Shown here piece by piece: positions 24,101 through 37,200 of a DNA stretch of 64,000 nt. The stretch is from Bilabrum cf. latius (lineage: Eukaryota): positions 682,001 through 746,000 of the forward strand of contig OZ237746.1 of NCBI GenBank assembly GCA_965178125.1, in the 5' to 3' direction. The position numbers and the translations under genes were made by a program. The notes beneath the pieces were generated by a model. It was not told the DNA's origin. It saw only the letters and a program-made list of their open reading frames with translations, and ran no database searches. Every line of letters starts with the position of its first letter. The stretch's first letter is position 1.

Positions 24101-27100
24101 ATCCAGATTGAGCTCATGGACGGTCAGCTGGCCAGCCACGCCCAGGGCGAGCTGGGCGCCCCCCTGCACGACAGGAAGTGGCACTCGATCGAGCTCGCCT
24201 CCAGGAACAGGGAGGGCAGGGGCACCAGCGGTCAGCTGTGGCCCGAGCAGCCGGTGGCGGGCATGGTAGTCACCACGGAGGGAAGGTTCGCTGGCGGCAG
24301 CGAACCCGTGAGCATCACGAGCGGCAGCACTTGGTACCAGGGAGCCATCGAGGGTGACGCCATGGCGACCTTTGAGTGCGTTCGGAACGGGTGGGTGCGG
24401 GAGAACGGCGACTGGGTGTACAAGTGTCTCGAGCGGCAGAAGTACGGGGTGTACCTCAGGGTCGAAGGAGGCAACGTGCCTGCATGGCCCGAGGGTGTGT
24501 CCCAGGCCAACTACAGCGAGACCGTGGTTAGGCCGGTATTCGAGCAGAGCATGGGCTTCGATGCGTCTGGTGGGGGTGGCGATGTGGATCTGGAAACCGA
24601 CCAGCAGCGGGGCATGGCAACTGCCAGCAGCCTGAGCAGCGGGCCGGGAGCGACGTACTCGTCACACGCCGACGCCATCCTGGGCGAAGGCATGCTCCCG
24701 GCCTACGACGTGCACGCACATGTCCTCCTGTCAGGATGGGGAGATCCCGCCCAGGGACGAGGGTGCAGCGAGCCGGCGTCGGGCGCCTAGGAATCCGCCG
24801 AGTGTGTGACGGAGTACACGGCCACCGGGGTGCTGGCGCAGGCACCCACTCTCGACGCGGCGGCCGCCTCGGCCCGCGCTTCCATGGGTGAGAACGATAC
24901 TGCTTACTCTGTCGGCGTGCAAGCCACCATGACTCGCGCGGAGCCGTACGTCTGGCGCAAGCTGACCGTGTCAGAGCCGACGACGGTCACTTTCCACACC
25001 TGCGACGACGCGAGCTCCACGTCGGGTGATCTGCCCCTGGGTCTGGCAATATTCGCCGAGGACGGCGAGCACGTGCCCGTGTGGCAGGCGCTCCGCATGG
25101 CAGTGCCCTACACTGACAACGCCCTGGGGCTGGACCGCGCCTGCGACGGTGCCGATGATACAGGCGCAGGCGCGATCAGCAGGCGCAGGCGCACTGCCGT
25201 GGCTTCGCTCACACCGGAGAGGGACGAGACGTCGGGGCAGGCTGTGCCCACCACTTTCGTGTTCCTTGGGTATCTTAAGGACTGGTACTACGAGTCGTCC
25301 GAAGCGAGCTACGAGCTGGACGCGACCGTGGAGATCAGGCACGGTGATGTGTTCCCTGGGTGCTCCCACGGGCTGTGGCGGATAGGCAGCATCAAGTATC
25401 CGTTCAGTATCATGCGGGGCCTGCACGCCCCCGTCAACACGACAAGGTATCAGCCGGTGGAGAGGGCCGGTGACATCAACTACAACCCGGATGCCATTCG
25501 GTACGACTACATCGCGGCCAAGGACTCGGGGACTCAGGCCAGGCTTGGAGAGTACAACGCAACGGATGGGAGCCTCCTCGCCACGGTGGGGTACTGGACG
25601 GCCCGCGCCCACCAGATCCGATGCTGGTGCGGAGAGGGGCTGGAGGACGCCACAGCGGCGGGGGATGATGGCGGTGACGGCGCCCCTATGTGTCGCGTGT
25701 GTCCCGCGGGGTCCTCCTCGGGCGACCTGGAGTCCGAGTGCGCCTGCGCGGCGCCGTACGTCCGCGGAACCGGTTCCGCAGAGGGAACGTGCGAGCTGTG
25801 CCCCGACACGCACTACTACGATGCAGATGATGACGAGTGCGAGCCGTGCGGTGAGGGCCGGAGGAACAGGGACACGGCGTCTCTCGATGGCCCCTAGCTA
25901 TGCACGATGCGCACGACGGCCGCAACCGCGTCAACCATCGAACCGCCCAGGACGATCGGTGCAGCCGCCACGCTGTACGTGAATGACGCCGACCAGTCCA
26001 ACGCGTGCAGCGCCGCTGGGCAAGCGAGAAGCGCGCAGGGCCAGTGCGAGTCATGCCCCATGGCACAGAGTCCCTACAGGGGACGGATCCCAGGGGGGGC
26101 TGCCGGCGTGTGCGGGAGTCCAAGCTGCTCCAAACTATCCGTTGAGTTTGACGCGACCACCCAGATGGCTCGTCACACGGGCACGTGGGAGGCCTACGAG
26201 ATCGAGCCGGCGAGAGCTGCCCTGGCCTAGGGGGTGTCCTTTGCCGATGCAAGGAACGGGAGCGGGCTGCTGCTGCGGGCCGCGGCCGGGTCTATCCGCC
26301 CCGTGGTGGGTTGGAGGCACCTGAGCGCGGGCACGTTCCGCTCCTTTGCATATCCGGAGAGCGATCGCAGGTGGGTGGTCCGTGCCCTTGAACACGACGC
26401 CGCTGTGCTCCTGGCGGAGTGCGATCTGGAGGCGGGTGAGGCCACGCTCGATTACACAGAGACGCTATCGACGGGTTGCTGGGTGGTGCCGGGTCACGAA
26501 GAGGAGCAGGACGGGGCTGACCTGCCGCAGGTCTCCTGCATCGCGGCGGCTGATGGATTTTACCTGGCCCCTGCAGCAGGTGGCTCTTCTTCGGTCCAGC
26601 AATGCCCCGAGGGTACCATGTCCCCGCCGGGCGCCACAGCGGCATCCCAGTGCACCGGGGGGCTCGTCACCCAGTCGGCGCCCGATTGGACCCCCACATG
26701 GTCCCACGCCAGGAGCAGGGACACGGGTGCTGACGAGTGCGAGCCGGGCAGCCTGGCGGAGATCGGGTGCACGGGTGGATGCGCCGGCGCTGGTGTGTGC
26801 TCCTGCCCTGCGGGCAAGGCGTACGTGTACGAGGACGGTCTGTGCGAGGTGTGCCCCGAGGGAACCTTCGCCAGGGAACAAGACCTTACCTGCCAATCGT
26901 GCCCGTTGCACTCGTTATCCGTGCGCGGGGCGGCGTCGTCGTTCGAGTGCGAGTGTGACGAGGGTTTCGTTGCTCGCACGGACGGCACCCCTGGCTGCGA
27001 GGTCCCCGTTGTGCTATACGTCACTGTGAGTGGGGGCAGCCACAGGCACCTGCAGGGCAGGTATGCTCTCGAGACGGTTGCAACCGCAGGTGAAGGTGCT

Positions 27101-30100
27101 GCAACGGAGCCCCGGCTGTTCCATGGCCGCCCCCTGTATCGCCAGGAAGTGTCGTCGCTCTCGCGGGGCGTGTACCTAGGGTGGGCAAGGCCGGAGCAGT
27201 CCGACCAAGGAGGCGAATGGGCCTTCTTCCGGTCTACCTCGGACCACTACGCGCGGTTTGCGAGCAGCGGCGCTGCAGCTGCCGCCGCGTTCTTGACCCC
27301 GGCGTCCTCTTGGAGCGCCTTCCGGGATACGACCTACTTTTTCGAGCCTGCCAGGATCGCCGTGTCCGCTTCATGCCCGGAGGGTGTTTTCTGCGGAGCC
27401 TCCTCGGATGCCCAGCAGCAGGCCACCCGCGCGTCCATCGTGACGAGTGCGATGGCCGCGGGCAGCTTCCCCGAAGATGCGTGCAGCTCTGACCCGAGCA
27501 CGGCGGACTTGATCGCGGCTTGGGCGGGTGGTCTGGCTGCCTTGGAGAGCCCCAGGGATGTGCTGAGGGGAGCCGCTTCATCGATCGATCGCCCGTGCAG
27601 CGATGTGGAAGCAGAAGCCACAGTGCTTCTCGCCGCGCTGAATGCAGCGAGCGGTGTCGCTTCTGCGGCGCGAGGCATGCAAGGACAGGCCTCGCTGGAT
27701 GCAGCGGCGGCTCAGATCGAGCGAAGGCTGGGCGGGCTCCGGGTCGGCGTGCTTGCCCTGCTGCGCGTATCTGCCTGGGTGACCGAAGGTTTCTCTTCTC
27801 CCCTGGTAGGTTCATGCACGGAACAGCAGAGCGAGGGTTTCCTGGCTTCCGCTGGATCGGCCGCGTATGCTGCAGCGTACCGGGCCTCTGGAGCCAACGC
27901 CACGCTGGCCTGTGGGTGGGCTGGGGGCAGAGAGGCGGCGGCGCAGGGGGGTCAGTTCCTGGGGCCCTCGCCTGTGTGGGCTCTTCTGCAGGGTGTGATG
28001 AGTGCGGTGGAGAGGGTGGCCAAAGACGTCGAGTCGTCGATGGCGACCGAGGTGCAGGCAGCCAAGACAGCCGCAGGCAGTGCAGCCGATGATGATGCTC
28101 GCTCAGCCGCACAGTCTCGTCTGGCGCTTGCCGGTGCCCTCGAGGGCACTGCCGGTTTGACCACCCTTGCTTCCGAGTCGGTCCGGTTCTCCACCAAGGG
28201 CAGGAGCGACGGTTCCATCGCCACTGCGGCAGATGCGCCATGCTTCGCCGACGCGGCCTGTCCGGCTGACGTGCAGTACGGCGCCGGTGCTCTCGTCCCC
28301 TCTTGCTTCCGGTTGTGCTCGGACGGTCCCACGCCTTAGCGAGCCCGCGCTGTGGAATTGATTGGTGTGATGAGTGCGCTGGAGCGGTGCGGCTCGAGCT
28401 GCATGAACGGGCGGTGCGACGCGGAGGGCTCATGCAGGTGCAGCGACGGTTTCTATGGCACTTGGTGCGACAAGCAAGGGGGTTCTTGCTTCGGGGTAGA
28501 CTGCGGGGCACACGGGACGTGCACTTCCCAGGGTACGTGCAGCTGTGACGAGTACTGGGCGGGAACGCGGTGCCAGCTGCGGGAGGCGGGCGTGGAATCG
28601 GAGCTGATCGGCACCTCGGAGCACGGGTCGAATTTCCCCTGTACGGCGGAAGAGGGCTTCTGCGGGCGGCACGGGAGGTGTGTTCCCTCGGGGAACAAGC
28701 CGTCCTGCCAGTGCTTGGACGGGTACTGGGGGCTTCTTTGCGAGAAACCGCCGGGCACCGCCGTGCACGCGCGGTCCACCGGTGGATTGGACCGGCTCGC
28801 GGCGGTTATCCTCAGCGAAGACGCGGTGGGGCTGCACGACCTACACTCTCTTGCCGTGGACCAGGGCTCTGTCACCAGTCTGCCCAATACACCCAGGCAC
28901 GTCGTGGGCGTGGCTGTGCCGAACGTTCGTGTGCCCCGCGGGTCCCAGGTGGCCGCTGCCCGTCTGTACCTGCATCCATCCGGCGTGCCATCAGACGGAT
29001 GGACGGACCCTCTGACCCTAACAGTGAGGCTGGCCGTAGGACCGCCGAGTTCCGATTCCGGGTCTTTTTCCTCCTCCGTGTCACCCTTCCTGCGCTCGGC
29101 GGACGGCCTGACGAGCCTCACACCCGTGTGCGGCAAAGTGCAGTGGCAGGTGCCCGCAGTGCAGGACGGGTCCAGCACCCTGTCCACGCCGGATCTGTCC
29201 GCACTCGTCACATCCCTGGTGATGGGTGAAGACTGGACCGCAGGATCCACCGTGGTAGCACTCGTCACACACGTCTCCGGCTCGGGCACCAGGACGATCA
29301 CGCGTTCCTTCGCCAAGCTCGACCTCCAGTTCAAAGCGCCCGCTGGTAGTGCTGATTCCGGGGCCGATTCAGGTGATGAGGAGAACGATGAAATCGTTGC
29401 GCCATTTTCGCCGATCGATGCGAATGGGTGCCCCGTGGACCAGCCTCTGGAGTGTCCCGCTGGCGAGGCATTCGACTCGGTGCAGGGGCAGTGCGTGCTC
29501 GTGCCAACGGACAGGCGCACCTGCGGCCCCGGGCTGCTCCTGGACACCGGGTCCCAGTCGTGTCTCCCCATTGTTCCCTCGGAGTCGTGGCCCGCGTGCA
29601 GCGCCCCCTCTTTGCTTGACACCATCAGCCTGGCCTGCGTGCTGCCAGAGGACCCGCTTCCAACCTGCCTGCAGGGGCAGGTGCTCAACCGATAGTTCCA
29701 GTGCGAGACACCGCCAGCTTCCGTCTACTGCGGGGCCGAGGAGATCTACGACCCGGAGTCGGAATCATGCCTCGCCATCTGCCAGTCCACGGCCCAGGCC
29801 ATGGGCACGGGGTCCAGCGGCGGACTCCCATCGGGTGCCTGCGCGGCGCTGGACGAGGCAGGGAGCGCGTGCCCCAGCTCGGAGGAGTACGGCATCAAGG
29901 TGACCGACGACAACGAGCAGCTGACGGTGGTGACGGAAGACTCGGATTTTGTGGTGTCGGGGGCGCTGTCCTTCCCGGGCCTGAACCTGGGGTCCTTCGG
30001 GCCAGGCATGAAGAACGCCATCAAGAGGAGCCTGGCGCGGGCCTCGGGGACGGATGCGACGCGGGTCGTGATCACGAACGTGTTCCGCAGGGATCGAAGC

Positions 30101-30763
30101 AGGCGCCGCGCACAGGACACTGCAGCTGGCGATGATGGGAATGGGATCGGCGTGAATTACGACGTGCTTGTGGAGGACGAGTCAGCCGCCCAGTCGCTGG
30201 CTCTGGCCATGGATCCCGCGGCCCGGGTGAACACCTCGTCGATCGGAGGCGGTGAGGCATTCGGGGCGGAGGGGCAGGAGGTGCTGTCCGTGGCTGACGT
30301 GATCGGTGCTCTGCTGGCCACTGAGCTGGAGGCGGAGGGGGTGCAGGTGCCGGCCGGTGCATTGGAGGTGCAGGTGGAGACCCCGGAGGCCATGCAGCGG
30401 TCGTATGCCGCGGGGTTTGTGGAGCCGTCGTCCGATGCACTCGTGGCGGAGGCAAGGGGCGAGCCCATCCCGCAGGAGGGGGGTAGTGGGGGTGGGGATG
30501 GTGGTGGTGGTGCGCCTGTGGCTCTGATTGCGGGCGTGGCGGTGGGTGCTGCCGTGGTGCTGGTGGGCGTGGTGTTGGCGGTGTGGTGGTTTGCGGGCAG
30601 GAGTGTGGGTCGGACGGTGGGACCACGCGTGAGCAGGGGTGATGGGGGTGGGCTAGGTGGGAATGGTGGTGGTGGTTCCGCAGCAGCAGCGGGGGCCAAG
30701 TACGGGAAGGCGGATCGGTTGGCGAAGGTGAACAACCTGGCCAATCCGGCCGAGATCGCGTGA
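15170..30763 (+). CDS. Giant type I membrane protein, 5197 aa (TAG=Gln): signal peptide, M11 (gametolysin-like) metallopeptidase, Cys-rich/EGF repeats, second degenerate M11 module, C-terminal TM
   Basis: ATG 15170 directly follows an in-frame TAA and opens a signal peptide, MRVLACLACLAAAGASS. One frame runs to TGA 30761-30763 with 14 internal TAGs. HEAGHNFGFHH plus EYGDCSDAMG Met-turn; EGF motifs CQCDEGYSGLSC, CFCHEGYFGPAC; TM ALIAGVAVGAAVVLVGVVLAVWWF. Confidence 0.9.
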
Positions 30764-31262
30764 CACTGGATACTACTAGATCTACCTTGTAGCCCCTACA
30801 CAATCCTATCTATTTAATATCACATTCACCGAGTAGAAACTCGGTTCTAGCCTACAAACCTGTGTCGCTCCAACTTGGATCGGATTGCATTCCCCAGCAC
30901 CGTGTACCGATGGCATCCGGATTCCGGAACCCGGATTCAGTTTTGCTCAAGCTTATCTTCCTGTTGATTCCCGAATCGTGGGACTGCACCACAGGCCTGC
31001 GCTTTTTCGCCTTCGCCAAGCGCTGCCCCCTCCTGCACTGGGTAGCCCAGCTATACACATTGTACTGCAGACCACCAAGCTCCCTAAGACCCTAGAGGAG
31101 ACAAGAGTGGCTCATATACGGCCGAGCAAGGTATGCCCGTATGCGAGAGGATGACTGTGTGCTCGAGCTAGTCGTGAGAAATCAAGCCAATCACAACAAG
31201 ATCTAGAGCCACCGGCAGCGCACCGCGTCTCGGCCACTCGCGGACAGTATGTTTACCTTGGC

Positions 31263-34200
31263 TCAAGGCCACCAGCTCTGCAACTTGGCAAGTACAGGCC
31301 TGGCTGCCTCAAAGCCCCTCTGCAACGCCGCCTCCATCGCACTAATCACCTCACCCTGCACATTCCTCGACTTGATCCAGGACCCGATGGGGCAGGTTTG
31401 TGTTTCAGCCAGGCACCCTAGAGCGCCTAACGCGTATTCCCGGCTTGACGAATCACAAAGAGCGGTTCCAGCCAAATTCTGTAGATTATCTTTAAGTGAA
31501 CTTTCTTCTTGTGCGATGGAAGCCAGCTCACGGTGATGCAAACATAAATTCCATAGAGAGCCGGCACCTAGTTCCGCTTGTTTGCTCTTGTCAGACCCCA
31601 GCAGTCGCACTAGCCCTGGCACAGCCCCGGCCTCCACGATGACATCTAGATGTGCATCCAATCCACTAGCTAGGTTGCAAAGTGCACAAGAAGACGCTTC
31701 CGCCTCCTGGCCCTTGTCAGACCCCAGCAGTCGCACTAGCCCTGGCACAGCCCCGGCCTCCACGATGGCATCACGATGTGCATCCGATCCACTAGCAAGA
31801 TGGACAAGTGCACAAGAAGATTCCACCGCCTCCTGGCCCTTGTCAGACCCCAGCAGTCGCACAAGTCCTGGCACAGCCCCGGCCTCCACGATGGCATCAC
31901 GATGTGCATCCAATCCACGAGCTAGGTTGCGTAGTGCACAAGAAGATGCGTCCGCCTCCTGGCCCTTGTCAGACCCCAGCAGTCGCACTAGCCCTGGCAC
32001 AGCCCCGGCCTCCACGATGGCATCACGGTGTGCATCCGATCTAACAGCGAGATGCAGTAGTGCACAAGAAGACGCTTTTGCCTCCTGGCCCTTGTCAGAC
32101 CCCAGCAGTCGCACTAGCCCTGGCACAGCCCCGGCCTCCACGATGGCATCACGATGTGCATCTGGTCCACGAGCAAGATGGAGTAGTGCACAAGAAGATG
32201 CGTCCGCCTCCTGGCCCTTGTCAGACCCCAGCAGTCGCACTAGCCCCGGCACAGCCCCGGCCTCCACGATGGCATCACGATGTGCATCCGATCTAACGGC
32301 GAGATGGAGTAGTGCACAAGAAGACGCTTTTGCCTCCTGGCCCTTGTCAGACCCCAGCAGTCGCACAAGTCCTGGCACAGCCCCGGCCTCCACGATGGCA
32401 TCACGATGTGCATCTGGTCCACGAGCAAGATGGAGTAGTGCACAAGAAGATGCGTCCGCCTCATGGCCCTTGTCAGACCCCAGCAGTCCCACAAGTCCTG
32501 GCACAGCCCCGGCCTCCACGATGGCATCACGATGTGCATCCGATTTAACAGCGAGATGGAGTAGTGCACAAGAAGACGCTTCCGCCTCCTGGCCCTTGTC
32601 AGACCCCAGCAGTTGCACTAGCCCTGGCACAGCCCCGGCCTCCACGATGACATCACGATGTGCATCCGATCTAACAGCGAGATGGAGTAGTGCACAAGAA
32701 GACGCTTCCGCCGCCTGGCCCTTGTCAGACCCCAGCAGTTGCACTAGCCCTGGCACAGCCCCGGCCTCCACGATGGCATCACCATGTGCATCTGGTCCAC
32801 GAGAAAGATGGAAAAGTGCCCACGAAGATGCGTCCGCCTCCTGGCCCTTGTCAGACCCCAGCAGTCGCACTAGCCCTGGCACAGCCCCGGCCTCCACGAT
32901 GACATCACGATGTGCATCCGATCTAACAGCGAGATGGAAAAGTGCACAAGAAGACGCTTCCGCCGCCTGGCCCTTGTCAGACCCCAGCAGTCGCACAAGT
33001 CCTGGCACAGCCCCGGCCTCCACGATGGCATCACGATGTGCATCTGATCCACGAACAAGATGGAAAAGTGCCCACGAAGATGCGTCCGCCTCATGGCCCT
33101 TGTCAGACCCCAGCAGTCGCACTAGCCCTGGCACAGCCCCGGCCTCCACGATGACATCACGATGTGCATCCGATCTAACGGCGAGATGGAGTAGTGCACA
33201 AGAAGACGCTTTTGCCTCCTGGCCCTTGTCAGACCCCAGCAGTCGCACAAGTCCTGGCACAGCCCCGGCCTCCACGATGGCATCACGGTGTGCATCCGAT
33301 CCACGAGCTAGGTTGCAAAGTGCACAAGAAGACGCTTTTGCCTCCTGGCCCTTGTCAGACCCCAGCAGTCGCACTAGCCCTGGCACAGCCCCGGCCTCCA
33401 CGATGGCATCACGGTGTGCATCCGATCTAACAGCGAGATGGAGTAGTGCACAAGAAGACGCTTGTGCCTCGTGGCCCTTGTCAGACTCCAGCAGTCGCAC
33501 AAGTCCTGGCACAGCCCCGGCCTCCACGATGGCATCACGATGTGCATCCGATCCACGAGCTAGGTTGCGTAGTGCACAAGAAGACGCTTTTGCCTCCTGG
33601 CCCTTGTCAGACCCCAGCAGTCCCACTAGACCTGGCACAGCCCCGGCCTCCATGATGGCATCACGATGTGCATCCGATCTAACAGCGAGATTGAACCAAA
33701 AAAGAAAAATTCCTGCCCCTGGTCCCGCGGACCCACTGGGCTTCACCCCGAACGACTGGTTCTTCACCGGTCCACCTGAATGCGGTATTCATCTGACACT
33801 ACGAATGTACACACCACTTTCCCCATGCACCCGACTGGCCTCGTCGCCACATGGCTTCCTGGTCCTGTTCCCCGCCCTAGGGACCGTGTGCTTTGCTCCC
33901 AGCATCGCCACCTTGGCCCTATCCTTTCAGCTTGCACGCGCCGGTCCTGGCCGACCTGCCGTGCGCCCCATCTGTCCACCCACCTGTTGGCCTTCTGCGT
34001 GCTGCTGGCCATGCAGTCCGCTGCCACCCGAGTCTCCCTCGTGCCTTGCACCTGGAGCCCCCATTCCTCCCGCTGTGTTCTCCCTGTTGACACCGCACTG
34101 TCGTCGCCTGTGCCGGTGTCCCCCTCTTCTTCTCCACCTCCTGTCCTCCCGCCTCGTCTTCCGTCTCACCTCTGCTCCCCGTTGCTTCAATCCTGATGTC

Positions 34201-37200
34201 CGAGTACATATAACAGCAGTAGTGCACAAGAAGATGCGTCCGCCTCCTGGCCCTTGTCAGACCCCAGCAGTCGCACTAGCCCTGGCACAGCCCCGGCCTC
34301 CACGATGACATCACGATGTGCATCCGATCTAACAGCGAGATGGAAAAGTGCACAAGAAGATGTGTCCGCCTCCTGACCCTTGTCAGACCCCAGCAGTCGC
34401 ACAAATCCTGGCACAGCCCCGGCCTCCACGATGGCATCACGATGTGCATCCGATCCACTAGCGAGATGGGATAGTGCACAAGAAGACGCTTTTGCCTCCT
34501 GGCCCTTGTCAGACCTCAGCAGTTCCACTAGACCTGGCACAGCCCCGGCCTCCACGATGGCATCACGATGTGCATCCGGTCCACGAGCAAGATGGAAAAG
34601 TGCCCACGAAGATGCCACCGCCTCCTGGCCCTTGTCAGACCCCAGCAGTCGCACTAGCCCTGGCACAGCCCCGGCCTCCACGATGGCATCACGATGTGCT
34701 CCTGATCCACGAGCTAGGTTGCAAAGTGCACAAGAAGACGCTTCCGCCTCCTGACCCTTGTCAGACCCCAGCAGTCGCACAAGTCCTGGCACAGCCCCGG
34801 CCTCCATGATGGCGTCACGATGTGCATCCGATCCACGAGCTAGGTTGCTTAGTGCCATAGAAGACGCTTCCGCCTCCTGGCCCTTGTCAGACCCCAGCAG
34901 TCGCACTAGCCCTGGCACAGCCCCGGCCTCCACGATGGCATCACGATGTGCTCCTGATCCACGAGCTAGGTTGCGTAGTGCCCTAGAAGACGCTTTTGCC
35001 TCCTGGCCCTTGTCAGACCCCAGCAGTCGCACAAGCCCTGGCACAGCCCCGGCCTCCACGATGGCATCACGATGTGCATCCGATCCACTAGCAAGATGCA
35101 GTAGTGCACAAGAAGACGCTTGTGCCTCCTGGCCCTTGTCAGACCCCAGCAGTCGCACTAGCCCTGGCACAGCCCCGGCCTCCACGATGACATCACGATG
35201 TGCATCCGATCCACGAGAAAGATGGAAAAGTGCACAAGAAGACGTTTTTGCCTCGTGGCCCTTGTCAGACCCCAGCAGTCCCACAAGTCCTGGCACAGCC
35301 CCGGCCTCCACGATGGCATCACGATGTGCATCCGGTCCACGAGCGAGATGGGATAGTGCACAAGAAGACGCTTCCGCCTCCTGGCCCTTGTCAGACCTCA
35401 GCAGTTCCACTAGCCCTGGCACAGCCCCGGCCTCCACGATGGCATCACGATGTGCATCCGATCCACGAACAAGATGGAAAAGTGCCCACGAAGATGCCAC
35501 CGCCTTCTGGCCCTTGTCAGACCCCAGCAGTCGCACTAGCCCTGGCACAGCCCCGGCCTCCACGATGGCATCACGATGTGCATCCGGTCCACGAGCGAGA
35601 TTGGATAGTGCACAAGAAGACGCTTCCGCCTCGTGGCCCTTGTCAGACCCCAGCAGTTCCACTAGACCTGGCACAGCCCCGGCCTCCACGATGGCATCAC
35701 GGTGTGCATCCGATCCACTAGCGAGATGGGATAGTGCACAAGAAGACGCGTCCGCCTCGTGGCCCTTGTCAGACCCCAGCAGTCCCACCAAGTACGCCAC
35801 ACCCCCTGCAGCCACCAATACACTGCGAAGATGCGGCTCACTTGCGCACACTTGGATTTTCTCCAATACCGTAGCGGTCTCTCCATCGCTGATCATACCG
35901 CGAATGCCGGCCGCGACCGCGTCCTTGTGGGCATCCGATCCCGAGGCCAACATGGATTCCAGAACCGCATTGGCAGGTCCTCGGGGCATGAAGCTTGCTG
36001 TCGGTTGCAATAGTCTCACAAGCCCTGGCACAGCCCCGGCCTCCACGATGGCATCACGATGAGCATCCGATCCACCAGCTAGGTTGCGAATAGCCTCGGC
36101 TGCATCGCGTGCTTCATCCCTCTTGTCAGACCCCAGCAGTCGCACTAGACCTGGCACAGCCGCGGCCTCCACGATGGCATCACGGTGTGCATCCGATCCA
36201 CCAGCTATGTTGCGAATAGCCTCGGCTGCATCGCGTGCTTCATCCCTCTTGTCAGACCCCAGCAGTCGCACAAGCCCTGGCACAGCCCCGGCCTCCACGA
36301 TGGCATCACGATGTGCATCCGATCCACCAGCTACGTTGCGAATAGCCTCGGCTGCATCGCGTGCTTCATCCCTCTTGTCAGACCCCAGAAGTCCCACCAA
36401 GTACGCCACACCCCCTGCAGCCACCAATACACTGCGAAGATGCGGCTCGCTTGCGCACACTTGGATTATCTCCAATACTGTAGCGGTCTCTCCATCGCTG
36501 ATCATACCGCGAATGCCGGCCGCGACCGCGTCCTTGTGGGCATCCGATCCCGAGGCCAACATGGATTCCAGAACCGCATTGGCGGGTCCTCGGGGCATGA
36601 AGCTTGCTGTCGGTTGCAATAGTCTCACAAGCCCTGGCACAGCCCCGGCCTCCACGATGGCATCACGATGTGCATCCGATCCACCAGCTATGTTGCGAAT
36701 AGCCTCGGCTGCATCGCGTGCTTCATCCCTCTTGTCAGACCTCAGCAGTCGCACAAGCCCTGGCACAGCCCCGGCCTCCACGATGGCATCACGATGAGCA
36801 TCCGATCCACCAGCTACGTTGCGAATAGCCGCGGCTGCATCGCGTGCTTCATCCCTCTTGTCAGACCCCAGCAGTCCCACCAAGTACGCCACACCCCCTG
36901 CAGCCACCAATACACTGCGAAGATGCGGCTCGCTTGCGCACACTTGGATTATCTCCAATACTGTAGCGGTCTCTCCATCGCTGATCATACCGCGAATGCC
37001 GGCCGCGACCGCGTCCTTGTGGGCATCCGATCCCGAGGCCAACATGGATTCCAGAACCGCATTGGCGGGTCCTCGGGGCATGAAGCTTGCTGTCGGTTGC
37101 AATAGTCTCACAAGCCCTGGCACAGCCCCGGCCTCCACGATGGCATCACGATGTGCATCCGATCCACCAGCTACGTTGCGAATAGCCTCGGCTGCATCGC

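Noticed and set aside
30810-31120. Possible small minus-strand ORF between the convergent giant genes, and a 7-bp hairpin accgagt/actcggt at ~30828-30845
   Set aside because: No recognisable motif or codon bias, and the hairpin is too short to be significant.
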